DNA of 63,726 nucleotides, the filler included, from Reticulomyxa filosa (lineage: Eukaryota; Protista; Foraminifera): the NCBI GenBank assembly GCA_000512085.1. It is 20 parts of 20 records of this genome, joined end to end, with 100 filler letters (N's around TTAATTAATTAA, not from the genome) between each part and the next. Parts side by side here need not be neighbours in the genome. Positions count along the whole stretch, not along the records: positions 37,642 to 54,052 come from ASPP01001397.1; positions 54,153 to 55,716 come from ASPP01038047.1; positions 55,817 to 56,964 come from ASPP01017180.1; positions 57,065 to 58,655 come from ASPP01011055.1; positions 58,756 to 60,933 come from ASPP01005564.1; positions 61,034 to 62,467 come from ASPP01001567.1; positions 62,568 to 63,726 come from ASPP01027622.1; 13 more parts are not named here. The stretch is one strand, 5' to 3'. Shown here in pieces: positions 52,903-63,726 of this stretch. Below the pieces are notes generated by a model. The model saw only the letters and a program-made list of their open reading frames with translations. It made no database searches and was not told where the DNA came from. The position numbers were made by a program, and so were the translations under genes. Within the stretch, counting starts at the first letter, position 1, and each line of letters opens with the position of its first letter.

Positions 52903-53985
52903 TCAGTTTTGTATATGTTGGAGTTTTCTTCGCTTGACGACATTTCCACTGTGATCAGAATCGTGGACGTGAGCAACCAATTTCATGTGCCCGGCTTTGG
53001 CGCAATTGCCAATTTGACATCCAAAATAAAATACCCCTGGTTTTATTGCTTTCCACAGGTAACTGTATTTATCACAGCCCGTTAACTGTTCACCTTGAGC
53101 AAAGTCATTGTTTAAATAAGCAGTTTGGTTTTTAAACAACCAAATATTGCGAGTATATTTCCATTGAAAATGAATTTGATCATTGACATTAATATCCAAA
53201 GGTTCCATTGCTTGATCGCGGAAACACCAATCAATATCGATCGTTTCCCCAATTTCTTCCTCTGTTTTTTTTGCTCCATTTCCTTTGTTGCTATCGTCAT
53301 TTGTATTAACAACCGGCGTTTTTTCCACAAGCAACTGCGACGCACTTTTGTTTTCGTTTATTGCCCGTTGGATATATAGCATTGTAGATTGCATGTTATT
53401 GTTATTGTTATTACTATTGATTAAAGGACGGTTCGTGTTTGGATCATTTGATAGCCGAGAGTTGGGCGTAGGAATAGTTGTAGTCGCAGTTACAGACGTA
53501 GTTGCATTCGACTCGGGGCCCTTTCGTTTTCTCTTGTTACGTAACTTGCGTGCTTTGGGCAATTCGGTGATATCTTTGGGAAGGACGACGGCTTCAGTAT
53601 ATAGTTCAAAAGATCTGGCCAAAGATGGCTTGGGAGCGAAATTGCCAGCAGTGGTTGTGGACACCTCTTGGCTCGGAAAAGAGGGTGGTTTGGGAAAAGG
53701 TTTGGCGGTGGTCCCAGTTTGCGGGGTATCTTTCAAAGCGCAAATGAGATTGTGCAAGTCCATTCGTTGGCGCAAGTTGTGAATATATAGGCCTTGGTCC
53801 AAATCTTTTAAGGTCAGCGAAACAAGCAGATCTCCGGTGATTTCGTTTCTGGCAAATGTATCGGCGTACTGTGTAAATTTCCCGCTGTCGACAGAGGAGA
53901 TCCAAGCTTTTACCATTTCACAAGACCATTGAGTCACACTTGGCACTTCATTTGTTTGAGTCTTTTCATCGGTTTCCTTAGCCAT
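52903..53985 (-). CDS. SAM-domain protein with a C-terminal cupredoxin/phytocyanin-like domain
   Basis: SAM: WSCEMVKAWI...YADTFARNEITGDLLVSLTLKDL. C-terminus: INVNDQIHFQW...NIW...PGVFYFGCQIGNCAKAGHMKL. Confidence 0.8.
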   Translation of the reverse strand: MAKETDEKTQTNEVPSVTQWSCEMVKAWISSVDSGKFTQYADTFARNEITGDLLVSLTLKDLDQGLYIHNLRQRMDLHNLICALKDTPQTGTTAKPFPKPPSFPSQEVSTTTAGNFAPKPSLARSFELYTEAVVLPKDITELPKARKLRNKRKRKGPESNATTSVTATTTIPTPNSRLSNDPNTNRPLINSNNNNNNMQSTMLYIQRAINENKSASQLLVEKTPVVNTNDDSNKGNGAKKTEEEIGETIDIDWCFRDQAMEPLDINVNDQIHFQWKYTRNIWLFKNQTAYLNNDFAQGEQLTGCDKYSYLWKAIKPGVFYFGCQIGNCAKAGHMKLVAHVHDSDHSGNVVKRRKLQHIQN

Positions 53986-55978
53986 GCTTTCTTGTTTTAA
54001 TACTTCCTTTTTTTCTTTTTCTTTTTTTCTCTTTCTTTTTCTTTTTCTTCTTNNNNNNNNNNNNNNNNNNNNNNNNNNNNNNNNNNNNNNNNNNNNTTAA
54101 TTAATTAANNNNNNNNNNNNNNNNNNNNNNNNNNNNNNNNNNNNNNNNNNNNTCACCAAGACAGCAATATTTGCTTCAACATTTATGTGCATCCTCTTCT
54201 TCTCCATTTACGGCTCCACTATCCGCACCACCTATGGAATTAGCGTATTCTAGTTTTGTAAAAACAACAAACAATAAATTACTTCAAATTGTTCAGAAAA
54301 AAAGACAAAAAATAATCAATGTTTCTTTTAACTTAATGCTCTTTCAAAGGTATTCGAATAAACAAAGCAAATCATTTCCTGCGATAACCACAGTTTTTTA
54401 CATCGAAAAAATAATCCAATCGACAATCAAATTGCAATAATATTTCCACCAAATCAATACGAAAGCCGTATCAATTGTACCTTGGAAATACTTCATTGCA
54501 TCATTGGTGTGTCGATATCTGGAGTCAAATACGCATTATCATAAATACATGCAAAAGGGGTTACTAATATTTGATCGAATTATATGCATTGATGAATTGG
54601 AGTGAATAGTGAAAGTAATGCGTGCCGATCTGAGGATTGTAAACACATAACAATCACAATATCGTCCACACTCAACGTCTTGGTGAAACGGATTTATTAT
54701 GTCGATTTCCTTTATTCACATTATCTTTTGCCTCACTCGATAAGTTCACAATTCTTGCACGATTTATTGTTAGTATACTTCTTGATATAATCCATATGCC
54801 ACGATACCATTGGTCCGCAGTTTTGCTTCTTTCTTTCTCTTTTTTTTCACTTCTCTTAATATACTCTTCCTTTTCTTTCATTACAAAACCTACAATTAAA
54901 TGATCTACGTTCACATTGTTTTAGTCGAAACATTTCACAACAACTGAAAATATGATAAAAAATAACATATACCTTCAAATGAAGCTGCTGTCATGATAAA
55001 ATATTCAATAATTCCAATTCACGATTCAGACCTTGATTATTCATCCAAGACATAGTCAGCAATGTATACGTGTTAAATGCCAATTCTGCTTTGGACAAAT
55101 TGTTACATCTTCACGGTTCACTTGAACAATTTTTTTTTATTGTTTCAGTCGACACCCACATGACTAACGCATCAACTAGGATATTATTCAAAAAGAAATG
55201 TATTCACTCTGGTAAATGCTTATTCCGAACATACTCCAATTGATTGACCTTTTTTCTCCATTTGATTGCGAGATTGACCATGTGGAACTTGACTTTGTAT
55301 CATTTCAATATTGCATCTCGGAGGTAAGGTTCAATTTATAAGCATCTAAATGTCAATTTGTAGCATTTCATCGACTTGAAAGTAAAAAGCATTAACATTA
55401 TATAATACTTGTTTGACCTTGCACAGCCTGTCTAGAGTAGATAACACAAAACTCCTTAGATAATCGATGGCCAATTTGAGGGTTTATGTCTGCACGCTAT
55501 AAACAAATTTGCGGACGTAATGGAATTGAAGACTACTTTGAATAACAATGTTGATGGCAATGATAGAATGGATATTGCACCAATCATGTCCAAAGGAAAT
55601 GGAATAGGATCGAATTGCAAATGTACCAATGGAAGTTAGCAATCATTGGATATCGACTCTTAAGATTGCTCTAAATATCATATCGCAATTGACGCATTTG
55701 CAATTGGATGCCAATGNNNNNNNNNNNNNNNNNNNNNNNNNNNNNNNNNNNNNNNNNNNNTTAATTAATTAANNNNNNNNNNNNNNNNNNNNNNNNNNNN
55801 NNNNNNNNNNNNNNNNGCGACCTGCCGCAAATCGGCAGCGAAGCATCCACCGATGGCAAGCCCGGCAGCTGAGCGCCATTGAAGCCCAGACCATCCCGCC
55901 GTGACGCCGTCTTGCGCGAAGGCCGCAATGCCGGGAATATCGAATGCCTTTCAGGGCTATTCGGAGAATTCCAGGCAC

Positions 55979-56654
55979 ATGAAGTTTGATGACGTCGTCC
56001 GCGGTCGCCGGAGCATTCGTGGTTACAAGCCGGATCCGGTCCCCCGGAGCTGATCGAGGAGATCATCGGCCTGGCGATGCGCGCACCATCGTCGATGAAC
56101 ACCCAGCCGTGGAATTTCACATCGTCACCGGCGAACCGCTGGATCGGATCCGCGCGGGCAATACGCAGCGGATGCTGGCGGGCATCCCGCAGTCGCGGGA
56201 GTTCCGGACGGGACAGCCCTTCGCCGGCCCGCACCGGGACCGGCAGGTCGGCGTCGCCAAGCAATTGTTTTCCGCCATGGGGATTGCACGCGACGACAAG
56301 GAGATGCGGCAGGATTGGGTGTTGCGCGGCTTCCGCCAGTTCGATGCGCCGGTGTGCGTGATCGTGACCTATGACCGCGTGCTGGACGGCAGCGACGACA
56401 CGCCGTTCGATTGCGGCGCCGTGACGACGGCGCTGGTCAATGCCGCCTGGTCGCGCGGGCTCGGGGCCGTGATCAACAGCCAGGGCATCATGCAGTCGCC
56501 GGTGGTGCGCGAACACGCCGGCATTGCCGACGATCAGGTCATCATGAAGAGCATCGCGCTGGGCTGGCCGGACGAGAGCTTCCCGGCCAATTCGGTCGTG
56601 TCCGAACGGAAGTCCGTCGGTGAAGCCACGGTGTTCGTCGGCTTCGACGATTAG
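55979..56654 (+). CDS. Bacterial nitroreductase family protein (two apparent homopolymer frameshifts)
   Basis: MKFDDVVRGRRSIRGYKPDPVP...AMRAPSSMNTQPWNF...FRQFDAPV...SIALGWPD; high GC; GGAG upstream of the start. Confidence 0.9.
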
Positions 56655-56783
56655 GCGCGTCGCCGATCTCCTCCGTTGACCTGAATCAAACGGTCTCCCC
56701 CCCTGCGCTGATAGGTTGATTTCCGCAGCGGAGGTGCGGCCTTCGCCTGGCGCGTGAAAGCGTCCTTCGGGGGGAGGGGATCG

Positions 56784-56964
56784 ATGGCCGAAGGGCCGGT
56801 CGGCTACGACGACATCGATGCGCATGTCGAGAGGCTGAAGGCGTTCGGGCTCGTCTGCTCGATCGACCGCGCCATCGACAAGGACACGGAGATGCATCCG
56901 CTGGTGCGCTGGCAGTACCGCGGCGGCATCGCGGAAGCGGACCGCAAGGCATTCCTCTTCACCA
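56784..56964 (+). CDS. Bacterial UbiD-family decarboxylase N-terminus (partial)
   Basis: YDDIDAHVERLKAFGLVCSIDRAIDKDTEMHPLVRWQYRGGIAEADRKAFLFT; GGAGG Shine-Dalgarno. Confidence 0.75.
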
Positions 56965-57064
56965 NNNNNNNNNNNNNNNNNNNNNNNNNNNNNNNNNNNN
57001 NNNNNNNNTTAATTAATTAANNNNNNNNNNNNNNNNNNNNNNNNNNNNNNNNNNNNNNNNNNNN

Positions 57065-58590
57065 AGAGAGAGAGAGAGAGAGAAACTCGAAACAACTGGA
57101 GTGACGCTTGGAGTTGTTGTAATGACATTGGAAATCCTCGCCGAGGGTGGGGCAGAGAATGGCACGTCATCGGGCAACGGGTCGTCCGATTTCAAACTGA
57201 TCATTTTGGGTTGAATGTTTTTGGGCTCATTGAATCTGGTTTTGCCCAGCTGATACCCTGCGGGCACCGGTTTAAGCACCAACTTGTTGTACTGCGCCAC
57301 GGCTGCTTTTCGCTTGGCCTCTTCGATTTTGCGCGCTTCCTCCAGGTTGTCTTGGTACATTGATGAAATGCGGCGAAGAGTCGCGTCGCTGCTCTTATGG
57401 TCGTCGAGCTGTCCGCCCGTCCTCACGAATATCGACCTTTCGCGCACGTGCGTCGTCAACTTGCCTTTCGCGTCTTTCAACGACTCCTCGAACGCGAGTT
57501 TCGCTTCCACCGCCGCCTCCAGCGCAGACTTATGTCCCTTTTGTTTCGGTTCCTTTGATTTCTTGCCCGCGTTTGCTTTTTGCTTTTCTTTTTCATCTTC
57601 TTTGTTTGGCGTTTCTTTTTCCAACTTTACCAATTTCTCTTTTGCTCTCTATCAATACATATGCATATATATATATATATATATTATATATGTATACATA
57701 TATGTATATGAAATACTAAAAATAAAAAACACACACATCAATGGATTCCATAAATTCCCAAAGAATTTTAAACAGGTTTTCAATCTTTTCAGGCTTGTCG
57801 TCATCTCCAAAGGCAAATTGCTTCATGGTCCGTTTGCGTCGGGTGTCCAAATTGCCCACGTTCATTGTCAGGTTTTTCATTGAGGTTTTGGCGCTTTCAT
57901 AAAATTTGCCTATTACCGACAAAAAGCAGTCGTCGGTGTCATACATTTCTTTTTCCTCGCTTTCCGTTACCTCCTTGATTTCCTTCATGCTCTCAGCCAC
58001 ACGTTCGTATGCCGTTTGTAGCACCTCACTTTCGACTTTTTTTTTTTGGATATGTATGTGTGCAGATATTATTCATGTCCAATTAAAAAAAAAAAAAAAA
58101 AATTTTTCAATTTTATACAAATAAATAAATAAATAAATAATAATAATAAAACAAACTGGCAGAGGCTCGCTTCAACATCGGAGATAACTCTTCGACAACT
58201 TTCAAAACATCGGGATAGTTTCGATCACAAAACTCGTAAATATACATTACAAAATTTTTTGAATTATCAAATGTCTTGATATCTGCCAGCTGTTTTTGTT
58301 GTTGTTGTTGTTGTTATCCCAATGATCGCTACCAAAAAAAAAAAAATATATATATATATGTATGTATATATGTATATTATGTAGTACATAGTAAGTGAAA
58401 CTTGTGGCAAGATTTTCAAATCAAAACCATAGGCTTGCCCCTTTTTTGTGCCTCCGTTCATATGGTTGCCAAAGGCCAACAAAATTGTAAGTAGTGTTCG
58501 AAGACGTTTGTTGTTCTTCAGTTTGTCACATGTTTTGCTGATCACTTTGAATTGTGTGGTAAGGGTGGATGAGATTTCTTGAAACTATAT
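57065..58590 (-). CDS. Formin, C-terminal FH2 region (partial, multi-exon)
   Basis: LRTLLTILLAFGNHMNGGTKKGQAYGFDLKIL; QFAFGDD...ENLFKILWEF. Confidence 0.9.
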
Positions 58591-58797
58591 TTTGTTGTTG
58601 TTGTTGTGACACGTTCGACACATATGAGACCCATTGCACCAAAAAAAAAAAAAAANNNNNNNNNNNNNNNNNNNNNNNNNNNNNNNNNNNNNNNNNNNNT
58701 TAATTAATTAANNNNNNNNNNNNNNNNNNNNNNNNNNNNNNNNNNNNNNNNNNNNGCTGCTGCCAGTCAAGTTCGCATATAAAATGAATTGTAATAT

Positions 58798-59738
58798 CAA
58801 ATGCGTGAAGACTTGAATTTAAAATGGGTTTGGGAAGAAAAAAAAAAATCAATCAACAGAATTTGGTTCTTTCTTCTTTTTGTTCTCTTCCAACGCTTTG
58901 TCAGTCAAGTCACTGACCTTATCAAAATTGTGCCAAACATAGTCAAAAAACTCAAGAATGTTCATATTTTTGACTTCCTCTTCCAAAGCTTGATCGAATT
59001 GATTGATCTCATAATCGACCTATTAAAAAAAAGAAAAAGAAATGTATATGTTATATAAAGAATTGATTAAGATAACGAATTTATTTTATTTTTTTTTTTG
59101 TATGAATCGATCCAAAGGAAAAAAAAAAAAATTAAATAAAATGAAGAAAAAGGAACTCCGATTTTATGTTTAATTGGCGAAAATAGCTTTCGAAAAAGTT
59201 GTCCCATTTCAGTGACATTTTGAATGTGATACTTATATTTGAGAAACAAAAACAAAAGATAAGAAAAAGCGCAGCAAAGAGTGGTTGTGAAAATAGTGGC
59301 ATAAATCAAGGCTTGAAATGCCAAAGAAACACTATCGTGATGTCGATGATACGACCAATATTCATTGGCATTTCGAAAATGCGTATATTGCAAACGGTGT
59401 TCGATTGGAACATTTCCCAAATATATCCAACGGTATTTAAGTCCATTCTTTGTATCGACATCCATTTTTCCTTGCTTTTGCGATACACTTTGTCCCGCTT
59501 TGCTATTGTTGTAAAAGGACCACAGTGACGTTATCGGCTTGTTCTCGTTCGTTGTCAACAGCTTCTTGCCTTCGGTCGTGTATTTTCGTAGCCACGAAAA
59601 TGACGCACGGCAAGTCCCTAAAAATAAACCACCTCCTATCAGTGTTCCTGCTATTGTGTAGGTTTTCCAGCTCAATCCTTTCTTTTGAGTGTTGTCTTGT
59701 TCATCGGTGGCTGCTTCGTTGTTGTCAGTGCTCTGCAT
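58798..59738 (-). CDS. Membrane protein, TMEM242/DUF1358-like (tentative)
   Basis: Two hydrophobic segments; LAFQALIYATIFT...KYHIQNVTEMGQLFRK resembles the TMEM242 ALRALGWG...GVHSMKDF pattern. Confidence 0.5.
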
Positions 59739-60080
59739 TTCGTTTGTTTGTTTTGTTTTGTTGGGATTATTATTTTGCCACCAATTTGAAAATTACAAAA
59801 TCTTACCATATTTGAGAAAAAAAACACAACACAAACAAAAAACAAAGTGAAGCAAATATTACATTCACAAAAAAAAAAAATTTAAAATATTGGAACTTTG
59901 CGTTTTGAACAAGTTTAAACCCCTTTTTTTTACAACAAAAGAAATACTGGATGTAGAGGAGAAAATTTTTATATTAAGTTTTTATTTCAGCAATAGATAT
60001 TGTACATTATTTAACTAAAATTGAAAAGCTCAGCAAAAGGGAGAGCCGTATATTTAGAAATCAAGTGCAAAAAAAAGACA

Positions 60081-60933
60081 ATGAATAATTATCTGCGCTT
60101 CATCATCCCACGCAGGACATTTATCTTGACCACATCTTCTCGTCGCTTTGTATCAGGCTATCCAGGCAAAACAATCAAGTCAGGTCAAAGAAATGTTTGG
60201 AATTTTCTCTTTGTTCCGAGAACAAACAAAAAAAAAAAAGAAAACAATAAACGATATTGTGAATGGCATGAACTTGCAGATGTCTGGCCAGGGTTAGAAA
60301 ACACCCGAACATATCTATACGGCTACGTGAAAGAGTGGTACCACGACAAAGGGTACGGCGTAATAATGGACGAAAGCGAGCGAAATTGGGAAGACAATAA
60401 ATGTGAATACTATGTTCATTGGTCGGACATTGCGGGTTTTAATAGGCCATGGCTTGACGTTTAGTAAACAAACAAACAAACAAAAAATAAAGTTTTTATG
60501 TCATTCAAAAAAAAAAAAAAAAAAAAAGTTGTTACTTGAATTGGGACAGAAAGGGGCCCCCGTATATTTCGAAGTCGTGGACGAAGACGAAACAAATAAG
60601 CATCACAGAAACATCCCTCGTTCGCATATGTTTGATTTCACGAGACCAAAGTTTGCAAACGAATATTCGAATCAAGTGCGTGCCATTAATGTGCAGCAAT
60701 TGGATCGAATCAATTGGCCAGAGGACTCGTCCAAACGAAAGAGTCCCTCGCCGAATGTAAATGAAGGGTCTAAGTTTCATGTGCATGAACAGGTCCATGA
60801 AGATGTTCTTAAAACCGTCGAAATTCGCGCACAAGTGTCTAACACTGCTCGTCGACCCTTTTTCTCTTCTTCTTCTTCTTCTTCTTCTTCCTCTGATGAA
60901 AATGCAAATGCAAACGCAAATGAAAATAAAAAT
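60081..60933 (+). CDS. Cold-shock domain protein with a putative mitochondrial presequence (partial)
   Basis: YGYVKEWYHDKGYGVI (RNP1-like), YYVHWSDI (RNP2-like), VYFEV...RAINV; Arg/Ser/Thr-rich N-terminus. Confidence 0.8.
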
Positions 60934-62089
60934 NNNNNNNNNNNNNNNNNNNNNNNNNNNNNNNNNNNNNNNNNNNNTTAATTAATTAANNNNNNNNNNN
61001 NNNNNNNNNNNNNNNNNNNNNNNNNNNNNNNNNTGTTTCATCCTCAGAGTATGGAATTATCCTTTTACCATCTTATGGAAACTGACATTGTGTGTTTTGC
61101 TTGATAATAAGAAATTTTGATCGCTAAACGCAAAAAAAAACATAAAATGCAAATATTTCAAAGGGATTGACACAGGAATTTAATGAGAATTTTCCCATAA
61201 ACAATAAATAGCTCACAAAAAACTCTTGTCGACCCAAAAGTTTTTTCCAAGTTGTTTTTTTTTTGAGAAGATGAGAATCAAAAAAGTCTAGTTTTTTTTA
61301 ACCTTCAAATATTCTTCAACATAATATTTAAAATTTCAATTCAAATTATCAATTTAATATTAAAGGAATAATTGTTTATTAGCTTTTTTTGCTTAAAGTG
61401 CCTTGTTTGAATATGGCACAAAGTGATATCTAATGTAAGATGCGAATTATCTATTTTGTTAAATCTGTTAATACACAAATAAAACAGACATTGATTAAAT
61501 ACTGTTGTTCGTTTTTTAAAAACTCTTTGTGTGTATAACGTGAAAGGACACCATTTTAAATGAAACACTAGTGTGTTACTACCCCAAAATTTTTATCTGA
61601 AGACTTTTTTCGTAACCTCGGAAAAATGCAAGGCCTGTTGCTGAAGTTTTTGAAGAGTTTTTCATTTTTTAAAAAAGGATCCTTTCAAAAAAAAAAGACA
61701 ACAAAAAAGTGTTTTACATGACATTTTTATTTGGCTAATGAAACAAAAAAATTACACAAAATTGAATAAATTAATCGACCATATCTTTTTGCAATATAAC
61801 GACAAAATATTGCACGAAAGGTTGAATTATTGTATCTAGAATTGTAATCTATCAACCAAGACTGAGATTGTTGAAAATAGTGAAAGTATCGGAAATACGG
61901 ATTTATCGCAATATGTACATAGCAAAAAATCTTTTGCAATTTTCTTTGTAATAAACATCAGATATTTTTTTAGTATTTTCTTGAAATTTCATTTGAAATA
62001 ACAAATTCTTTTTTTTTGTTGTTCAAAAAAATCTTTGGTGTGTTAATCGCAAAAAAAAAATCTCTCCACCTTTTTAGTGAACAGAATAA

Positions 62090-62467
62090 ATGCGTGAAAT
62101 TATAACAATAGAAATCGGTCAAGCAGGTATTCAAGTTGGAAATGCAGTATGGGAACAGTACTGCGCGGAGCACGACATCAGTAATGCAGGCACACAACGG
62201 AAAGTGACAAAAGACAACTCTTTTAAAGTTTTTTTCGAAGAAACTAGCAATGGTCAGTTTGTTCCAAGAAATCTTGCAGTTTATAGAACATGACCCCATT
62301 TTATTTGCTAATGTAATAAAAAAGACATATATACGCATATATACAATATATTTAACAAAAATGCAGCTAGATTTGGAGCCAAATGTGATTGATGAGGTGA
62401 AATCTGGACCACTTGGATCATTGTTTAATATCAATTCTTTGTTATCAGACAATGGAGATACTGGGGG
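62090..62467 (+). CDS. Divergent alpha-tubulin (foraminiferal type 2-like), 5' fragment
   Basis: MREIITIEIGQAGIQVGNAVWEQYCAEH...FFEETSNGQFVPRNLA|LDLEPNVIDEVK. Confidence 0.9.
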
Positions 62468-62567
62468 NNNNNNNNNNNNNNNNNNNNNNNNNNNNNNNNN
62501 NNNNNNNNNNNTTAATTAATTAANNNNNNNNNNNNNNNNNNNNNNNNNNNNNNNNNNNNNNNNNNNN

Positions 62568-63309
62568 AACGTTTTTGCTGGAATGCTTCCCTCGAAAATT
62601 AAATGCAACTTTGCTGTGCTTGTTGTCCCTTTTCCATTGTATTTTCAATCCCTGAAATATCTTCATAATTGCCGGGACAGCGCCTCGTTCATCAATAATT
62701 TGCCACTGTACATTAGTATTCAAAAAGTCGTGTCCATGAAAAAACTCCACAAAATGCCTTCCAATATCGTTACACTGCTTTTTTTTTTTGTTCAAAAAAA
62801 CTTGTGATGGGAGCCCTTGTTCGATGACCAATCAAAACTCACGATATTGGCTCTGTTGTATGAATTATCATCGACTTGGCAGTGCTCAAACAAATTGACG
62901 CGATGTTGTGATGTGTAAGTTTGAAAAACTGAAGCGACAATAAAGTGTTATGTAATGGCAATCCGCCGTTTTCGCAACATACAATAAATAACCCCTTTTC
63001 AACAATCATCCAATACTGGAGATTGTCCGTCATTTTGCACATGTAAAACGTCTTATGGTGATCCAAGTAGTCCAAATGCTCCTTATCTATCATTACCTCA
63101 CAGACCATTCGCAAATATTCCTGGACATACTTCAGATGGTGTTTGTTCTGGCTCATTCTCACTGAAGGTCTCTGTGTCGTCGTCTTTACTTTTAGAAGAA
63201 GGATCAAAGAGGAGATACACTCTTCCAATAAGCTTTTGGAAAATGCTTCTTCTTCTGAGTCTGGAAAACTTAAAAAATTATATGGAGTACTGGATCTTAT
63301 TTCTGACAC
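62568..63309 (-). CDS. Hypothetical helical protein (partial, at least 2 exons)
   Basis: 156-aa ORF plus a downstream exon (IIDERGAVPAIMKIF); no family recognised. Confidence 0.45.
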
Positions 63310-63726
63310 TTTTCTTTTTCAAAGAAAAGGGGGATTTTTGTTGTCCTTAAGTACTGACAACAAAACTGTTTGCTAACGTTTCTACATTTGAAAAAGCTTG
63401 AATATATTCCTTTTCTATCAAAATTACTCGTAGTTAACATTTTTTTGATTGATTGCACGCATAAATGAAATAAACTACATAATATTACCACATTTTTTAT
63501 CGAAAAATTATTTTTAGTTTTGTAATAAGGTTTTTTATTGCTAGAATATGATAATATGAAATCATTTCTAAACTGTTTGTGGAAAAAAAGTGATAATTTT
63601 GAGATACTTTATTGTTATACATTTGTAGAGTTGCGGCATAGCAAATTGAGAAATAAACATCATTGCATTGAATTTCCAACAGATTTGTGTTGTTCTCAAC
63701 CTAAATATTTCCAATGTCAGGAGAGA

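Noticed and set aside
54153-55716. Possible decayed coding sequence
   Set aside because: Less homopolymeric than intergenic DNA, but the frames I read are stop-ridden and no motif was recognised
55761-56897. 378-aa minus-strand ORF
   Set aside because: Shadow ORF antisense to nitroreductase/UbiD in GC-rich DNA

Overview
This window is not one locus. It is 20 unrelated contigs joined by 19 artificial 100-bp linkers (N44-TTAATTAATTAA-N44), so gene neighbourhood means nothing across linkers. Most contigs come from an AT-rich, intron-containing eukaryote. The polyubiquitin junction (RGG-A-MQ), a type-2-like alpha-tubulin and degenerate RING/TRAF and WD40 family copies point to a foraminiferan (Rhizaria), most likely Reticulomyxa filosa (inference). 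Recognisable genes: LETM1, midasin, a Cys/Met PLP enzyme, lipase maturation factor, Hsp10, kinesin, Tudor-SN, an S10 serine carboxypeptidase, dynein intermediate chain, formin, a cold-shock-domain protein and alpha-tubulin. There is also a decayed Ty3/Gypsy element and several pseudogenes. Two contigs look bacterial: an AT-rich one with an AlbA_2/Schlafen-like gene plus a coiled-coil protein, and a GC-rich one with nitroreductase and UbiD. The best candidate for a new system is an intron-containing gene (45722-49521, minus) in which a RelA/SpoT-type alarmone-synthetase-like domain is flanked by ankyrin-like repeats. Other highlights: a SAM-cupredoxin fusion, an apparent G:C>T:A bias in pseudogene decay, poly(A)-preceded 3' splice sites and a MITE-like inverted repeat. 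All assignments are from motif recognition by eye, and exon boundaries are approximate.
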